64,000 nt of DNA from Bacteroidota bacterium (GCA_046048875.1 JBJOFG010000014.1:110865-174864); one strand, 5' to 3'. Counted from the first letter of the stretch, positions 7,402-17,560 are shown. The notes: generated by a model from the letters alone, not told the origin. Made by a program: numbers and translations.

Positions 7402-10400
7402 ATGATTCGCGGAAAGGGACCGACTTTTTATTTTCTTTTTATGCTGTTCTTGCTGAACGCAATGGCGGGTCAATGTCAGTTTTACAGAGGTTCCAATGTT
7501 TCTTTTGGAAAGAATCGCGTTCAACATAAACCATTCGATTGGTCTTTTTTTCCAGGTGAACATTTCGAGGTATACTACTATCAAGGCGGACAGCAAATTG
7601 CGGAAAGAGCGTTGCTCTATTGCGAACAAGAAAAGACGCGCCTTCAGAAGTTTTTCAATGTGCAGCTCGACGACAAGATTCAAGTGGTTTGCTTCAACAA
7701 ACAAAGTGAATTTCGTCAGAGTAATTTAGGTCTTTCAGACGAAGAGTCTGCGAGCATTGGCGGTGCTACGAATATTTTGGGAAACAAAATGTTTGTGTAC
7801 TTCGAAGGCACAGACCTTCAACTGCGCGAGCAAATAGCCATGGGTCTTTCGCGCATTATGTATTTGCAATTGATGTACGGAGGAGATTGGCGCAGTGTGG
7901 TCCGCGGAAACAATCGCATTGCAATTCCAACATGGTTTTCGGAAGGTGTTATTCGCTATGCAGCCTTGAAGGAACAACGACTGAGTGAGCGTGCCGCAGA
8001 AGATTGGTTTGCACAAGCGCGCTATCCGAATATTCACCGATTAACAGGCAGGCAAGCAGAGCTGGTGGGACACAGTTTTTGGTCCTACATCGGAAGTATC
8101 TATGGTGAGAATGTGGTGCTCGGTATCTTGAACATGACGCAACTGTTTCACGGCACCGATGGTGGGTTTCAATATGTCATTGGACGGAATACAGAAACGG
8201 TCGTTGGAGATTACAAGCGCTTTATAGAGCAGGGGAGAGACTTAGGTAAAGTTGAAGAAGAGTTGACGAATCTTCACGTGAAGCGAAAGAAGTTTCAATT
8301 TCTCGAGCCGGAATTAGTTGGAAAATTTAAGAATCAATATTTGCATGTCACCCCTTCGAACGATCACTTGCAATGGGCGTACACCATGCATTACAAAGGC
8401 GAATACACGGTATACATCTACGATACGGAAACCAAAGTAAAGACGAAAGTTGCGCGTGGAGATTTTAGAAGTGATCGCATTCCGGATGAGAGTACTCCGC
8501 AATTAGCATGGCATCCGAACGGACAAGTACTTTCTTATGTTACCGAGAAAAACGGAAAGTTATTTTGGAACACGTATCAACTTGAAACGAAAGCAAAGTC
8601 TTCCAAAGAACTCTTTCAAATCGAAAAAATTCTGAGCATGAAATATGCGCCAGATGGAAAGAAATTGGTTTTGAGTGGCACTCAAAACGGTAAGACGAAC
8701 ATTTGTCTTTTGCCCATTACGGCCAATGTTCCTCAGAAGTTGACAGACGATAATTTCGATGACATAGATCCTGTTTTTTCTGCAGACGGAAGTACAATTT
8801 ATTTCAGTTCAAACAGAGGAAATCATTTGGGTTTGAATTATCACGACAGTATTCATTCAGACGACCCTAATTTCCATATTTATAAATTGAAGTTGACAGA
8901 CGATTATAAAAACGATGATCTGATTCAATTAACGAACTCGAAGTATTCAGATAGGAAGTTGGCGGTAGCGAAGGACAATAAAATTCAATTTATCCGCAAT
9001 AAAGTGTTGTACGACGAGCGCTGTTCGGTATACAGAGACAGTGCTATTGCGAGTATAGATACCACAATTCATTACAGATATTTCAACGTAACTGAAGTGT
9101 TGCAAAAATCGAATCGATTCACAAAGGATTATTTTATCGGTTCAGATTTCAAGGAAGGTATTTGGATTACCGAAGAGTTAGGAGTTCCATTTGCCAATGA
9201 TGTGAATTTAGTGAATGACAGAGCCATTGAGATAGAAGGCGATGAAAGTCAACCTGAAAAAGAAAAGGCGCCTTATTCTGAAATGATTTGGTTTCCGAAG
9301 AAAAAAGATGCGACGAGAATAGACACGGAGAACTTTACATTTCCTGGGGACAAAAAGCGTCAGCAAGAAAGTTTAAAGCAAGCCGAATTGCTAACGCAAT
9401 TAACCAAGATTCAAATTCCGAAGGCGAAGAATTACATGGTGAATTACACAACCAGTTACGTGCAATCCACTGTAGACAATCAGTTTGCGAGCTCATTCTA
9501 TCAGAACTATACAGGACCAACGAGTATCTCGCCGGGATTTTCGGGCTTCTTCAAAGTGGGGATTTCTGACTTGATGGAAGATTACAAGTTGACTGCTGGG
9601 GTGCGCTTAGCAGCGAACTTCAACAACAGTGATTTCGGATTGTCGTTCGAAAATCTAAAGAACAGATGGGACAAGAAAATTTCGCTTCAACGCCAAGGCC
9701 AAGAGATTGCGCAGCAATATGCCTCCATTCGTGTTCAAACGTACAGCCTTACCCATGAATGGAAATATCCGTTTACAGAAACGAGTGCAATTAAGCTTAC
9801 CGCAGTGGGTCGTAACGACCGAATGGTCGTTCTGTCGAGTGACCCTTACACGGCTTCCTATAAGAATCAGAACGAGTGGAACATTGGTGGTAAAGCAGAA
9901 TACATTTTCGATAATACGTACATCAAAGGTTTGAATTATAGAACAGGTACGCGCTTCAAAGCGTGGGGCGAGCATTTCCGTCAGCCCAATAAATGGAAAG
10001 AAGATAATTCTATTTATGTTGTCGGTTTCGACTTCCGTCATTACCAGCCCATTCATCGCGATCTAACCTTTGCCTTCCGTTTGTGCGGAAGTAGTTCATT
10101 CGGCGATTATAAGGTTGTGAATTACCTCGGTGGTGTAGACAATTGGCTCGGGCAGAAAGTAGATAATTCTGTGCTTGTTTCTGCTACACAGGGGTATACT
10201 TTTCAAGCGTTCGCTGGACCGCTGAGAGGGTTTTATGTGAACGCAAGAAATGGAAATAATTTCGTGCTCAGTAACTCTGAATTGCGTCTACCTCTTTTCA
10301 GATATTTAAGCAACCGATCCATTAAATCCGACTTCGCAGATAACTTCCAAGTCATTGGGTTTTTCGATATCGGAAGTGCTTGGACTGGAAAAAGTCCGTA

Positions 10401-10614
10401 CGACGATGCGAATGATTTCAATACCATAACAGTCACACAGTCGCCCGTGACCGTTCAACTGAGAAGCAACAAGGAGCCGATCATTTACGGATATGGTTTC
10501 GGATTGCGTTCGAAAGTATTGGGATACCACATGCGCGCCGATTGGGCATGGGGAGTAGACGACAGTACGGTTATGCCTCGGGTATTTTACTTGTCGTTAA
10601 ACCTAGATTTCTAG
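7402..10614 (+). CDS. large outer-membrane protein: N-terminal domain + TolB/PD40-like beta-propeller + C-terminal Omp85 (Bac_surface_Ag)-like beta-barrel
   Basis: Signal peptide FYFLFMLFLLNAMAG-Q. PD40-like repeats (WHPNGQVLSYV, YAPDGKKLVLSG, FSADGSTIYFSSNR). C-terminal Omp85-type motifs (SELRLPLF, FFDIGSAW, YGYGFGLR) and a terminal LNLDF. Confidence 0.6.
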   Translation: MIRGKGPTFYFLFMLFLLNAMAGQCQFYRGSNVSFGKNRVQHKPFDWSFFPGEHFEVYYYQGGQQIAERALLYCEQEKTRLQKFFNVQLDDKIQVVCFNKQSEFRQSNLGLSDEESASIGGATNILGNKMFVYFEGTDLQLREQIAMGLSRIMYLQLMYGGDWRSVVRGNNRIAIPTWFSEGVIRYAALKEQRLSERAAEDWFAQARYPNIHRLTGRQAELVGHSFWSYIGSIYGENVVLGILNMTQLFHGTDGGFQYVIGRNTETVVGDYKRFIEQGRDLGKVEEELTNLHVKRKKFQFLEPELVGKFKNQYLHVTPSNDHLQWAYTMHYKGEYTVYIYDTETKVKTKVARGDFRSDRIPDESTPQLAWHPNGQVLSYVTEKNGKLFWNTYQLETKAKSSKELFQIEKILSMKYAPDGKKLVLSGTQNGKTNICLLPITANVPQKLTDDNFDDIDPVFSADGSTIYFSSNRGNHLGLNYHDSIHSDDPNFHIYKLKLTDDYKNDDLIQLTNSKYSDRKLAVAKDNKIQFIRNKVLYDERCSVYRDSAIASIDTTIHYRYFNVTEVLQKSNRFTKDYFIGSDFKEGIWITEELGVPFANDVNLVNDRAIEIEGDESQPEKEKAPYSEMIWFPKKKDATRIDTENFTFPGDKKRQQESLKQAELLTQLTKIQIPKAKNYMVNYTTSYVQSTVDNQFASSFYQNYTGPTSISPGFSGFFKVGISDLMEDYKLTAGVRLAANFNNSDFGLSFENLKNRWDKKISLQRQGQEIAQQYASIRVQTYSLTHEWKYPFTETSAIKLTAVGRNDRMVVLSSDPYTASYKNQNEWNIGGKAEYIFDNTYIKGLNYRTGTRFKAWGEHFRQPNKWKEDNSIYVVGFDFRHYQPIHRDLTFAFRLCGSSSFGDYKVVNYLGGVDNWLGQKVDNSVLVSATQGYTFQAFAGPLRGFYVNARNGNNFVLSNSELRLPLFRYLSNRSIKSDFADNFQVIGFFDIGSAWTGKSPYDDANDFNTITVTQSPVTVQLRSNKEPIIYGYGFGLRSKVLGYHMRADWAWGVDDSTVMPRVFYLSLNLDF

Positions 10615-10615
10615 G

Positions 10616-11641
10616 TTATTTCAAATTCCAAATAGTGTACGCCAACGTGTGTCCAACAGCTTTTAATGTTGGCTTGCTAATTACACTCATGTTATCGGCG
10701 TGGGTGTGATGTGAACTTCCAAATTCGAATTGTGTTCCCATGTAATTAGGGCGCATATCTACAATGTCTAACGATGGAATATTCGCTTGAATCATGAATA
10801 CATGGTCATCTATAATTCCTGCGGTTTCTTCGTTTTGGAAATATTCGCCGTACCCAAGCTTTGCAGCATTGCCCCAAATGCGATTCACGGCATTTTCAGC
10901 CGACTGCATAGAGTATCCTTCTTTGTTGAATCGAGCCCCTTCAGCGCCAACCATATCAAGAAGAACAGCGTAGCGCATGGTGCGTTGTGGTTTTTGATTC
11001 GCCCACAACTGAGAACCCAAACACCAAGACAGTGCATCGTTTTCACCATCAGGAGCCCATTCAGGTTTTCCTCCGTCTTCACTGTCAAACAGAATGAAAT
11101 CAATTCCAATGTCAGCAGGTAAATCTTTAGAGATACGTGCTAACTCTAACAAAACACCCACACCGCTTGCACCGTCATTGGCGCCATCGATTGGTTGCTT
11201 GTGTTTCGCAGGATCTGGATCCTTATCGCCATACGGACGGCTGTCCCAGTGAGCAGCTAATACAATGCGCTTCGTGGCACTTGGATGAACGGCTGCAATA
11301 ATGTTGCGTACGGGAGTACTTCCTCCTTCCCAATTCGGCATAGAGCCTACTTGTTCTTTAACGGTGCAGTTGTAACTTTTGAATTTTTGAATGAGCCAAT
11401 TACCGCATGCTGCGTGGTTTGCATTGCCTGGGACACGCGGTCCGAATGCAACTTGCTTTTGAATGAAAGCATAACAGCTATCGGTCATGAAATCTGCAGG
11501 TTCTAGAATCGCTTCAGTTTCTGTGGTGTTGTTTGCTTCGCTCTTTGATTTATTGAAATATTTTTCTAAAGTCACGAACAGAAAGCTGCCCACGAAGAGG
11601 ACAATCAGCACAATGGCTATAATCTTTTTATTATTTCTCAT
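10616..11641 (-). CDS. M28-fold protein, glutaminyl-peptide cyclotransferase (type II QC)-like, N-terminal membrane anchor
   Basis: 341 aa. One N-terminal TM segment. AHWDSRPYGD, GANDGASGV and ILFDSEDGG motifs sit in the positions of the animal/P. gingivalis-type QC metal and catalytic residues. Confidence 0.65.
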   Translation of the reverse strand: MRNNKKIIAIVLIVLFVGSFLFVTLEKYFNKSKSEANNTTETEAILEPADFMTDSCYAFIQKQVAFGPRVPGNANHAACGNWLIQKFKSYNCTVKEQVGSMPNWEGGSTPVRNIIAAVHPSATKRIVLAAHWDSRPYGDKDPDPAKHKQPIDGANDGASGVGVLLELARISKDLPADIGIDFILFDSEDGGKPEWAPDGENDALSWCLGSQLWANQKPQRTMRYAVLLDMVGAEGARFNKEGYSMQSAENAVNRIWGNAAKLGYGEYFQNEETAGIIDDHVFMIQANIPSLDIVDMRPNYMGTQFEFGSSHHTHADNMSVISKPTLKAVGHTLAYTIWNLK

Positions 11642-13097
11642 GGGTCCAGGTAGTTCCTTCTTTTGAATCTTGAAGTTGAATGTTTATAGCTTTTAATTCG
11701 TCACGAATTAAATCGGAAGTCGCGAAGTCTCTTTTCGCTTTCGCTTCTGCACGCAAGCGAATAATCACTTGCATCAAATCGTTCGAAATGTCATTTGAAG
11801 CACCTGTAGCTTCAGCCTGAAGACCGAGCACATCGAACACAAATCCTTTCACTAATTTTTGAAGTCGCTCAATATCTGCTTGTGTCAATTGAATCTTCTT
11901 GTCAACGCACGAGTTTATCACCTTCACAGCTTCGAACAAATGCGAAATAAGAATGGGAGTGTTGAAGTCATCGCTCATGGCTTCGTAGCAATTCTTTTCC
12001 AGTTCATTTAAGTCATATGAACTTGATTCACTTGCTACAAGTGTGTCAACTTTTTCCACAGCTTGCATCAAACGCTCGAATCCCTTCTCTGCTGCTTTCA
12101 ACGCTTCGTTACTGAAGTCCAAGGTACTTCTGTAATGGGCTTGCTGCATGAAGAAGCGAACGACCATGGGTGAAAATCCTTTTTCCAAAAGTTCGTGTGA
12201 ACCCGAAAACAATTCGTGTGGAAGGAATGAATTCCCCAATGACTTCGACATTTTTTGTCCGTTAACAGTAAGCATGTTTGCATGCATCCAATAGCGAACA
12301 GGAGCCTTTCCGCAACATGCAGAATTCTGAGCCACTTCCGATTCATGGTGTGGGAATTTTAAATCCATACCGCCTCCATGAATGTCGAACTCTTCGCCCA
12401 AATACTTTGTGCTCATGGCAGAGCATTCCAAATGCCAGCCAGGGAATCCCACTCCCCATGGAGAAGACCAACGCATAATGTGTTCAGGAGATGCAGATTT
12501 CCACAAAGCAAAATCAGCGAAGAAACGCTTCTCTTCTTGTCCGTCTAACTCTCTTGTGTTCTCTAACAATTCATCTACGTTTCTTCCGCTTAATTCACCG
12601 TACGGAAAAACATCTTTGTATTTCTTCACGTCGAAATAAACACTTCCGTTTACTTCGTAGGCATATCCATTTTTAATGATTTCTTCAATCATGGCAATCT
12701 GCTCCATGATGTGTCCTGTTGCGCTTGGCTCTATACTCGGCGGATGATTGTTAAACGCGCGCATCATGTCGTGGAAATACATGGTGTATTTCTGAACGAT
12801 TTCCATCGGTTCCACTTGTTCCAATTTCGCTTGCGCACCAATGCGATCTACACCTTCATCAAACTCGGTTGTGATGTGTCCAACGTCTGTAATGTTTCGA
12901 ACATAACGTACCTTGTAGCCAAGAAACGAAAGGTATCTATAAACCGTATCGAACGTCACAAAGGTTCTACAATTTCCTAAGTGTGCGTAATTGTAAACTG
13001 TAGGACCGCACACATACATTCCAACGAATTGTTTGTGAAGGGGAGTGAACTTTTCTTTCGCTCGTGTAAGACTATTGTAAATGAACAAATCAACCAT
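11631..13097 (-). CDS. cysS: cysteine--tRNA ligase
   Basis: HLGN (HIGH-class) and KMSKS motifs present. Start set at ATG 13097 because the upstream extension overlaps a terminator hairpin. Confidence 0.95.
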   Translation of the reverse strand: MVDLFIYNSLTRAKEKFTPLHKQFVGMYVCGPTVYNYAHLGNCRTFVTFDTVYRYLSFLGYKVRYVRNITDVGHITTEFDEGVDRIGAQAKLEQVEPMEIVQKYTMYFHDMMRAFNNHPPSIEPSATGHIMEQIAMIEEIIKNGYAYEVNGSVYFDVKKYKDVFPYGELSGRNVDELLENTRELDGQEEKRFFADFALWKSASPEHIMRWSSPWGVGFPGWHLECSAMSTKYLGEEFDIHGGGMDLKFPHHESEVAQNSACCGKAPVRYWMHANMLTVNGQKMSKSLGNSFLPHELFSGSHELLEKGFSPMVVRFFMQQAHYRSTLDFSNEALKAAEKGFERLMQAVEKVDTLVASESSSYDLNELEKNCYEAMSDDFNTPILISHLFEAVKVINSCVDKKIQLTQADIERLQKLVKGFVFDVLGLQAEATGASNDISNDLMQVIIRLRAEAKAKRDFATSDLIRDELKAINIQLQDSKEGTTWTHEK

Positions 13098-13120
13098 ACT
13101 GCAAAGAAACGAAGACGAAA

Positions 13121-13150
13121 TAAAAAAAGCCTCATTCACTGAGGCTTTTT
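13121..13150 (-). terminator. rho-independent terminator after the SDR/TDH-like gene
   Basis: AAGCCTCA-ttcac-TGAGGCTT flanked by an A-run and a T-run. Confidence 0.7.
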
Positions 13151-13171
13151 ATAAGACTATTGGAAGGTATA

Positions 13172-14122
13172 TTAAACTTTTTTCGCAATTTCTTCAAGCA
13201 TGGTTGAAACCAAACGCGGCATCGGGTATTCAATCTCCCAGCCCCAATCGTTCTTCGCAGAAGAATCGTCAATGCTGTTTGGCCATGAATCGGCAAGGCC
13301 TTGACGAAAATCGGGTGCATAACTAATTTCAAATCCAGGTAAATGTTTTTGAATTTCTTCAGCCAGTTGTTTCGGTGTGAAGCTTATTCCTGCTAAGTTG
13401 TAGGCACTTCGAATTTTAATCTTTTCAGCATCTGATTCCATCAACTGAATGGTTGCGCGTATAGCGTCTTCCATCATCATCATTGGAAGCTCAGTGTTTT
13501 CCGAAAGGAACGAAGTGTATTTGTTTTCCTTCAACGCCGAATAAAAAATATCTACAGCGTAGTCAGTTGTTCCTCCGCCCGGAGCAGAGCGGTGTCCGAT
13601 TAAACCAGGGTAACGCAGGCTGCGCACATCAACGCCGTACTTCATGAAATAATATTCGCACCATCTTTCACCGGCCAACTTTGAAATTCCATAAACCGAA
13701 GAAGGCTCCATGACTGTGGTCTGAGGCGTTTGATCTGCAGGAGTAGTTGGTCCGAAAGCGGCGATGGAACTTGGCCAAAACAAACGGAATTTAAATTCTT
13801 TCGCGAGCTCAAGAATATTCAAAAGCCCTTCCATATTCAGCTTCCACGCATACATCGGATTCTTTTCACCGGTTGCGCTTAACAAAGCGGCCAACTGATA
13901 AACTTCAGTTACAGCATGATCTTGAACGCATGCACGCAACGCTTCTGCGTCTAGCACATTCAATTGAACATAAGGCCCATCTTCTGAAGAAACGGATTCT
14001 ACGGGTTGAATATCGGCTCCAATCACATTGTGTTGTCCCAACTTCGAACGAAGGGCCATCACAAGCTCAATGCCTATCTGTCCTCTACAGCCAATAACCA
14101 ACGCTTTTCTATTCGTGCTCAT
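13172..14122 (-). CDS. NAD-dependent epimerase/dehydratase family SDR, L-threonine 3-dehydrogenase-like
   Basis: 316 aa. Rossmann motif GCRGQIG and catalytic YGISK (YxxxK). It resembles the short-chain TDH group. The substrate is not provable from sequence. Confidence 0.6.
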   Translation of the reverse strand: MSTNRKALVIGCRGQIGIELVMALRSKLGQHNVIGADIQPVESVSSEDGPYVQLNVLDAEALRACVQDHAVTEVYQLAALLSATGEKNPMYAWKLNMEGLLNILELAKEFKFRLFWPSSIAAFGPTTPADQTPQTTVMEPSSVYGISKLAGERWCEYYFMKYGVDVRSLRYPGLIGHRSAPGGGTTDYAVDIFYSALKENKYTSFLSENTELPMMMMEDAIRATIQLMESDAEKIKIRSAYNLAGISFTPKQLAEEIQKHLPGFEISYAPDFRQGLADSWPNSIDDSSAKNDWGWEIEYPMPRLVSTMLEEIAKKV

Positions 14123-14138
14123 AGTTAAAAAATGTTTT

Positions 14139-14146
14139 CAAAAATA
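14139..14146 (-). promoter_or_regulatory. candidate -7 box (TAnnTTTG) for the SDR/TDH-like gene
   Basis: The reverse complement is TATTTTTG, 17 nt upstream of ATG 14122. Confidence 0.35.
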
Positions 14147-14160
14147 GGTATTTTCGCGCC

Positions 14161-15357
14161 ATGGCAATTCCACAAATTGAAATTGAAGATTTCAATTACA
14201 CACTTCCTGAAGATCGCATTCGTGTTATTCCTTTGGAAGACCGAGCGGCGGCTAAATTATTGGTCTTCGAGAACGGTGAAATAACCGATGCTGTTTTTTC
14301 GAAGCTTCCAGCTTTTTTGAAGAAAGGAGATCTCTTGATTTCGAATAATTCAAAAGTTATTCCAGCCCGCATTGTCTTTCAAAAGGAATCAGGTGCCTTC
14401 ATAGAAATCATGTGTCTTGCGCCTTTCGGAATATCTTATACAGAGGCTTTTTCATCACATGAACATGTTTCTTTCACCGCTTACATTGGAAATTCCAAAC
14501 GTTGGAAAGAAGGGAAATTGGAAATGAAAATTATGTGGAAAGGTTCATACGAAAGCGTGTTCATAGAACGTAGGGGCACCGAAAAAGATGCCTTTGTAGT
14601 TGAATTCAGTTGGAACTTCCATGCGGTGTTTTCTGAGGTTATTGAGGCCATTGGACAAGTTCCCTGGCCGCCTTACTTTCAAAGAAAGCCAGTGGCGAAT
14701 GACAAGGATAGATACCAAACCGTCTTTGCGAAAACAGAGGGATCCGTTGCGGCTCCAACTGCGGGATTGCATTACACCAAAGAAGTTCTTCAGGCCTTGT
14801 CAGATGCCGGCGTAGATCAAAAGGAAGTATGTCTGCATGTGGGTGCTGGAACATTCAAGCCTGTTTCGGCTGATCGCATCGAAGATCATGAGATGCATGC
14901 GGAATTTTTTGAAGTTACACGCGATTGTATTCAAGCCATTTTGGATTGTGAAGGAAGAGTTATTGCAGCCGGTACAACTTCTATGCGAACTCTTGAGAGT
15001 TTGTATTGGCTCGGTGTTCGCGTTTTAGAGGGAAAGAACACAGACTTCATAGCCCAGTGGGAACCTTATGTCTCAGAAGTGAAATATTCCAAAGAAGAGG
15101 CGCTATTGGCTTTATTAAAACACCTCGATGAGACGAACCGAAACAGTATTTGTGCGTCATCGAGTATTTGTATCGCACCAGGTTATGTCTTTAAAATCTG
15201 TATGGGATTGCAAACCAATTACCATCAGCCCAAGAGTACGCTAATGTTGCTAGTTGCGGCTGCTGTGGGCGAGGACTGGAAACGTATCTATGAATATGCG
15301 CTGAAATCCGATTACATGTTTTTAAGTTATGGCGACACCATGTTGCTTTGGTTTTAA
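14161..15357 (+). CDS. queA: S-adenosylmethionine:tRNA ribosyltransferase-isomerase
   Basis: 398 aa. QueA-type N-terminus (FNYTLPEDRI), AAPTAGLH and AAGTTSMRTLES motifs. Confidence 0.9.
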   Translation: MAIPQIEIEDFNYTLPEDRIRVIPLEDRAAAKLLVFENGEITDAVFSKLPAFLKKGDLLISNNSKVIPARIVFQKESGAFIEIMCLAPFGISYTEAFSSHEHVSFTAYIGNSKRWKEGKLEMKIMWKGSYESVFIERRGTEKDAFVVEFSWNFHAVFSEVIEAIGQVPWPPYFQRKPVANDKDRYQTVFAKTEGSVAAPTAGLHYTKEVLQALSDAGVDQKEVCLHVGAGTFKPVSADRIEDHEMHAEFFEVTRDCIQAILDCEGRVIAAGTTSMRTLESLYWLGVRVLEGKNTDFIAQWEPYVSEVKYSKEEALLALLKHLDETNRNSICASSSICIAPGYVFKICMGLQTNYHQPKSTLMLLVAAAVGEDWKRIYEYALKSDYMFLSYGDTMLLWF

Positions 15358-15363
15358 AACAAA

Positions 15364-15385
15364 AAAGGATGCCGAAGCATCCTTT
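15364..15385. terminator. bidirectional hairpin terminator between the convergent queA and PpiD-like genes
   Basis: AAAGGATGC-cgaa-GCATCCTTT with an A-run upstream and a T-run downstream. Confidence 0.75.
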
Positions 15386-15405
15386 TCCTTAAAGTCTTTT
15401 TACAA

Positions 15406-17484
15406 TCAATCTTCTGGGAAGAAACGGTAGTCTTCAATTTCAGCTGCCTCACGAAGTGAGTTGAACAACGTCATTGGAGCACTAGCCTTTTGACCGCGCA
15501 TTTTGTCTTTTCTGAAAGAAACGTAATTGTCTGGGCTTTCAACACGAGTTACATCTGCAACACGTTGAATAACGTATACACCACCTTTTCCTTTGATTGG
15601 AGCAGAGATGTTTCCAGTTGGTAAACCAAACGCAGCACCAATTGCAGCACTTTCAGTTTCAGAAACACCGCTTGAAGGAATGTTACGCATAGCCATTGAA
15701 AGATTTTCGAAAGTCATCACTTGAGCGGAAACTTTTCCTGCAATTTCTTCCATTGAACTTCCGGTCATCATGGCCATGTATTTCTCAGCTTTCTTTTCTT
15801 TGATTACCTCTTGCTTCACGCGGTCATATACGTTACGCAAAGAAGGAACACCTTTTTCTTTGATTTCCATCAAACAAACAACTACAATTCCGTCATCAAC
15901 TGAAATCGGTTGTGAGATAGCACCTTCTTCAGTCTCTGGGTTGAAGGTCCATCCGATAATCTCAGATGCATTCTGAACACCGCTTACAGCGGTAGCTTCA
16001 GGACGAACATTCGGAGAGTAGGTCAATCCACCATAGCTTTCAACAGCACCTGCACGGAAGCTTGCGCTGTCGCCATGGTTTTGAATAAAATCAACAGCTT
16101 TTTGGTAAGTTTCTTTCTTTGTAGCTGCGCTTGGAGCAATTGGTCTTTCAACTTGAGCGTAATAAGTCACTGGCTTAGCCGATCCTTTTTTGGTTACTTC
16201 GATCAAGTGTGTTCCGAATTGTGTTTCTACAATTTGAAGTTCACCAACTTTTCCGTTGAAACAAGCTGCATCGAACTCAGCAACCATAGCGCCTCTTCCG
16301 AACATACCTAGATCACCACCTTTAACAGCAGAACCTGCGTCCGTGCTGTACTTCGTTGCAAGCTCAGCGAATTTACCTTTCTTAGAAGTAATCAATTGCT
16401 TTAATGAATCACATTTTGCTTTTCCAGCAGCACCTTTCTCCTTGAAGAGAATGTGACGCGCTTGAACCGAATCAATTTCAGAACCGCGAGAAGTTAATTT
16501 AACCACACGAGCAATTCCGCCAGAAACGAATGGACCCATAACGCGTCCAATACTGTCTGAAAGAATTTGGGTGTTGAAAGGCTCTGGGAATGTACCCAAC
16601 GCATATTTAACTTTTGCGTTTGCAGGGTTACCTGAATTCAATACTGCGAACGTAGAATCTTCTTTCGCGTTTTTAGAAGCTTTGAATGAAGCTGCTAAGG
16701 CATTAAGACTCTCAAGAGTTGCCGAACTATCGGCAGCACTAGTTACAAGCGGAATACGAACGTAAGCAATGGTGCGGCTTCTTTCTTGTTTGAAGTCACG
16801 ATCGTTTTTGTGCTCGTTATAATAATTTTCAATGTCCTCATTTGAGAATGAAATTTCACTCTCCATGATTTGAGCATATGGCTTCACAACATAAACGATA
16901 GACGCTTTGTCGTTAGACGCATGGAACAAACTCTTTGCATCCAAAGAATTCACATAAGCACCTGCGCTCACTAGAGCGTCGTACTTTTCCTTCAGGCGCT
17001 TTTCAACAACAAGTCTTCTGTATCCAGTGAAAAGATTTGGCTTTTCAGTTTCCATTTTCTTGAAGCTCTCGCGCATTTGCTCTTTGAACGGCAATGAATC
17101 TTGCCCTTGGTAGAACGTGCTCTTCACATAAGAACTTAAGAAGTTACCGAAAAGGATTTCATCTAGCTCTTCGTCAGTAACCATTAAGCCTAGGCTTTGA
17201 TATTCTGGTTGAAGAAGTGTGTTCTCGATTAAGTTGTTCCATACATCGTTTTCCAAACCGTGCGTTTGGCTATTGTTGTAACTGAACAATTCAGACTGCT
17301 CTTGAAGCATCGCTCTCCACTGGTCTTGCTTAATGTTCTCGCCATTAATAACACCAACTTTGTCTGAAGGGCCGCCGAACATTGCCATTACAGCATCATA
17401 CGGAATTAAGAAGCCGACAATACCAATGCCGACTAGGGCTAATACTAGCCATCCTTGTTTACGAAGGGTTGAAATCATTGCCAT
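15406..17484 (-). CDS. PpiD-like periplasmic chaperone / parvulin-type peptidylprolyl isomerase
   Basis: 692 aa. N-terminal TM anchor, SurA_N-like region, and a parvulin core (ARHILF ... GGDLGMFGRGAMVAEFD). Confidence 0.8.
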   Translation of the reverse strand: MAMISTLRKQGWLVLALVGIGIVGFLIPYDAVMAMFGGPSDKVGVINGENIKQDQWRAMLQEQSELFSYNNSQTHGLENDVWNNLIENTLLQPEYQSLGLMVTDEELDEILFGNFLSSYVKSTFYQGQDSLPFKEQMRESFKKMETEKPNLFTGYRRLVVEKRLKEKYDALVSAGAYVNSLDAKSLFHASNDKASIVYVVKPYAQIMESEISFSNEDIENYYNEHKNDRDFKQERSRTIAYVRIPLVTSAADSSATLESLNALAASFKASKNAKEDSTFAVLNSGNPANAKVKYALGTFPEPFNTQILSDSIGRVMGPFVSGGIARVVKLTSRGSEIDSVQARHILFKEKGAAGKAKCDSLKQLITSKKGKFAELATKYSTDAGSAVKGGDLGMFGRGAMVAEFDAACFNGKVGELQIVETQFGTHLIEVTKKGSAKPVTYYAQVERPIAPSAATKKETYQKAVDFIQNHGDSASFRAGAVESYGGLTYSPNVRPEATAVSGVQNASEIIGWTFNPETEEGAISQPISVDDGIVVVCLMEIKEKGVPSLRNVYDRVKQEVIKEKKAEKYMAMMTGSSMEEIAGKVSAQVMTFENLSMAMRNIPSSGVSETESAAIGAAFGLPTGNISAPIKGKGGVYVIQRVADVTRVESPDNYVSFRKDKMRGQKASAPMTLFNSLREAAEIEDYRFFPED

Positions 17485-17560
17485 AGTTATGGACTATAAA
17501 ATTTAGGAGTGCGAATATCGGAAATTTGCTTGAAAATTCCTTGTTTTTTTTTAGCAGCGA

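Noticed and set aside
13098-13139. 14-codon N-terminal extension of cysS (ORF start 13139)
   Set aside because: The extension overlaps the terminator hairpin at 13121-13150 and encodes a non-conserved, Ser/Phe-rich peptide. MVDLFIYNSLTR... from ATG 13097 is a typical CysRS N-terminus.
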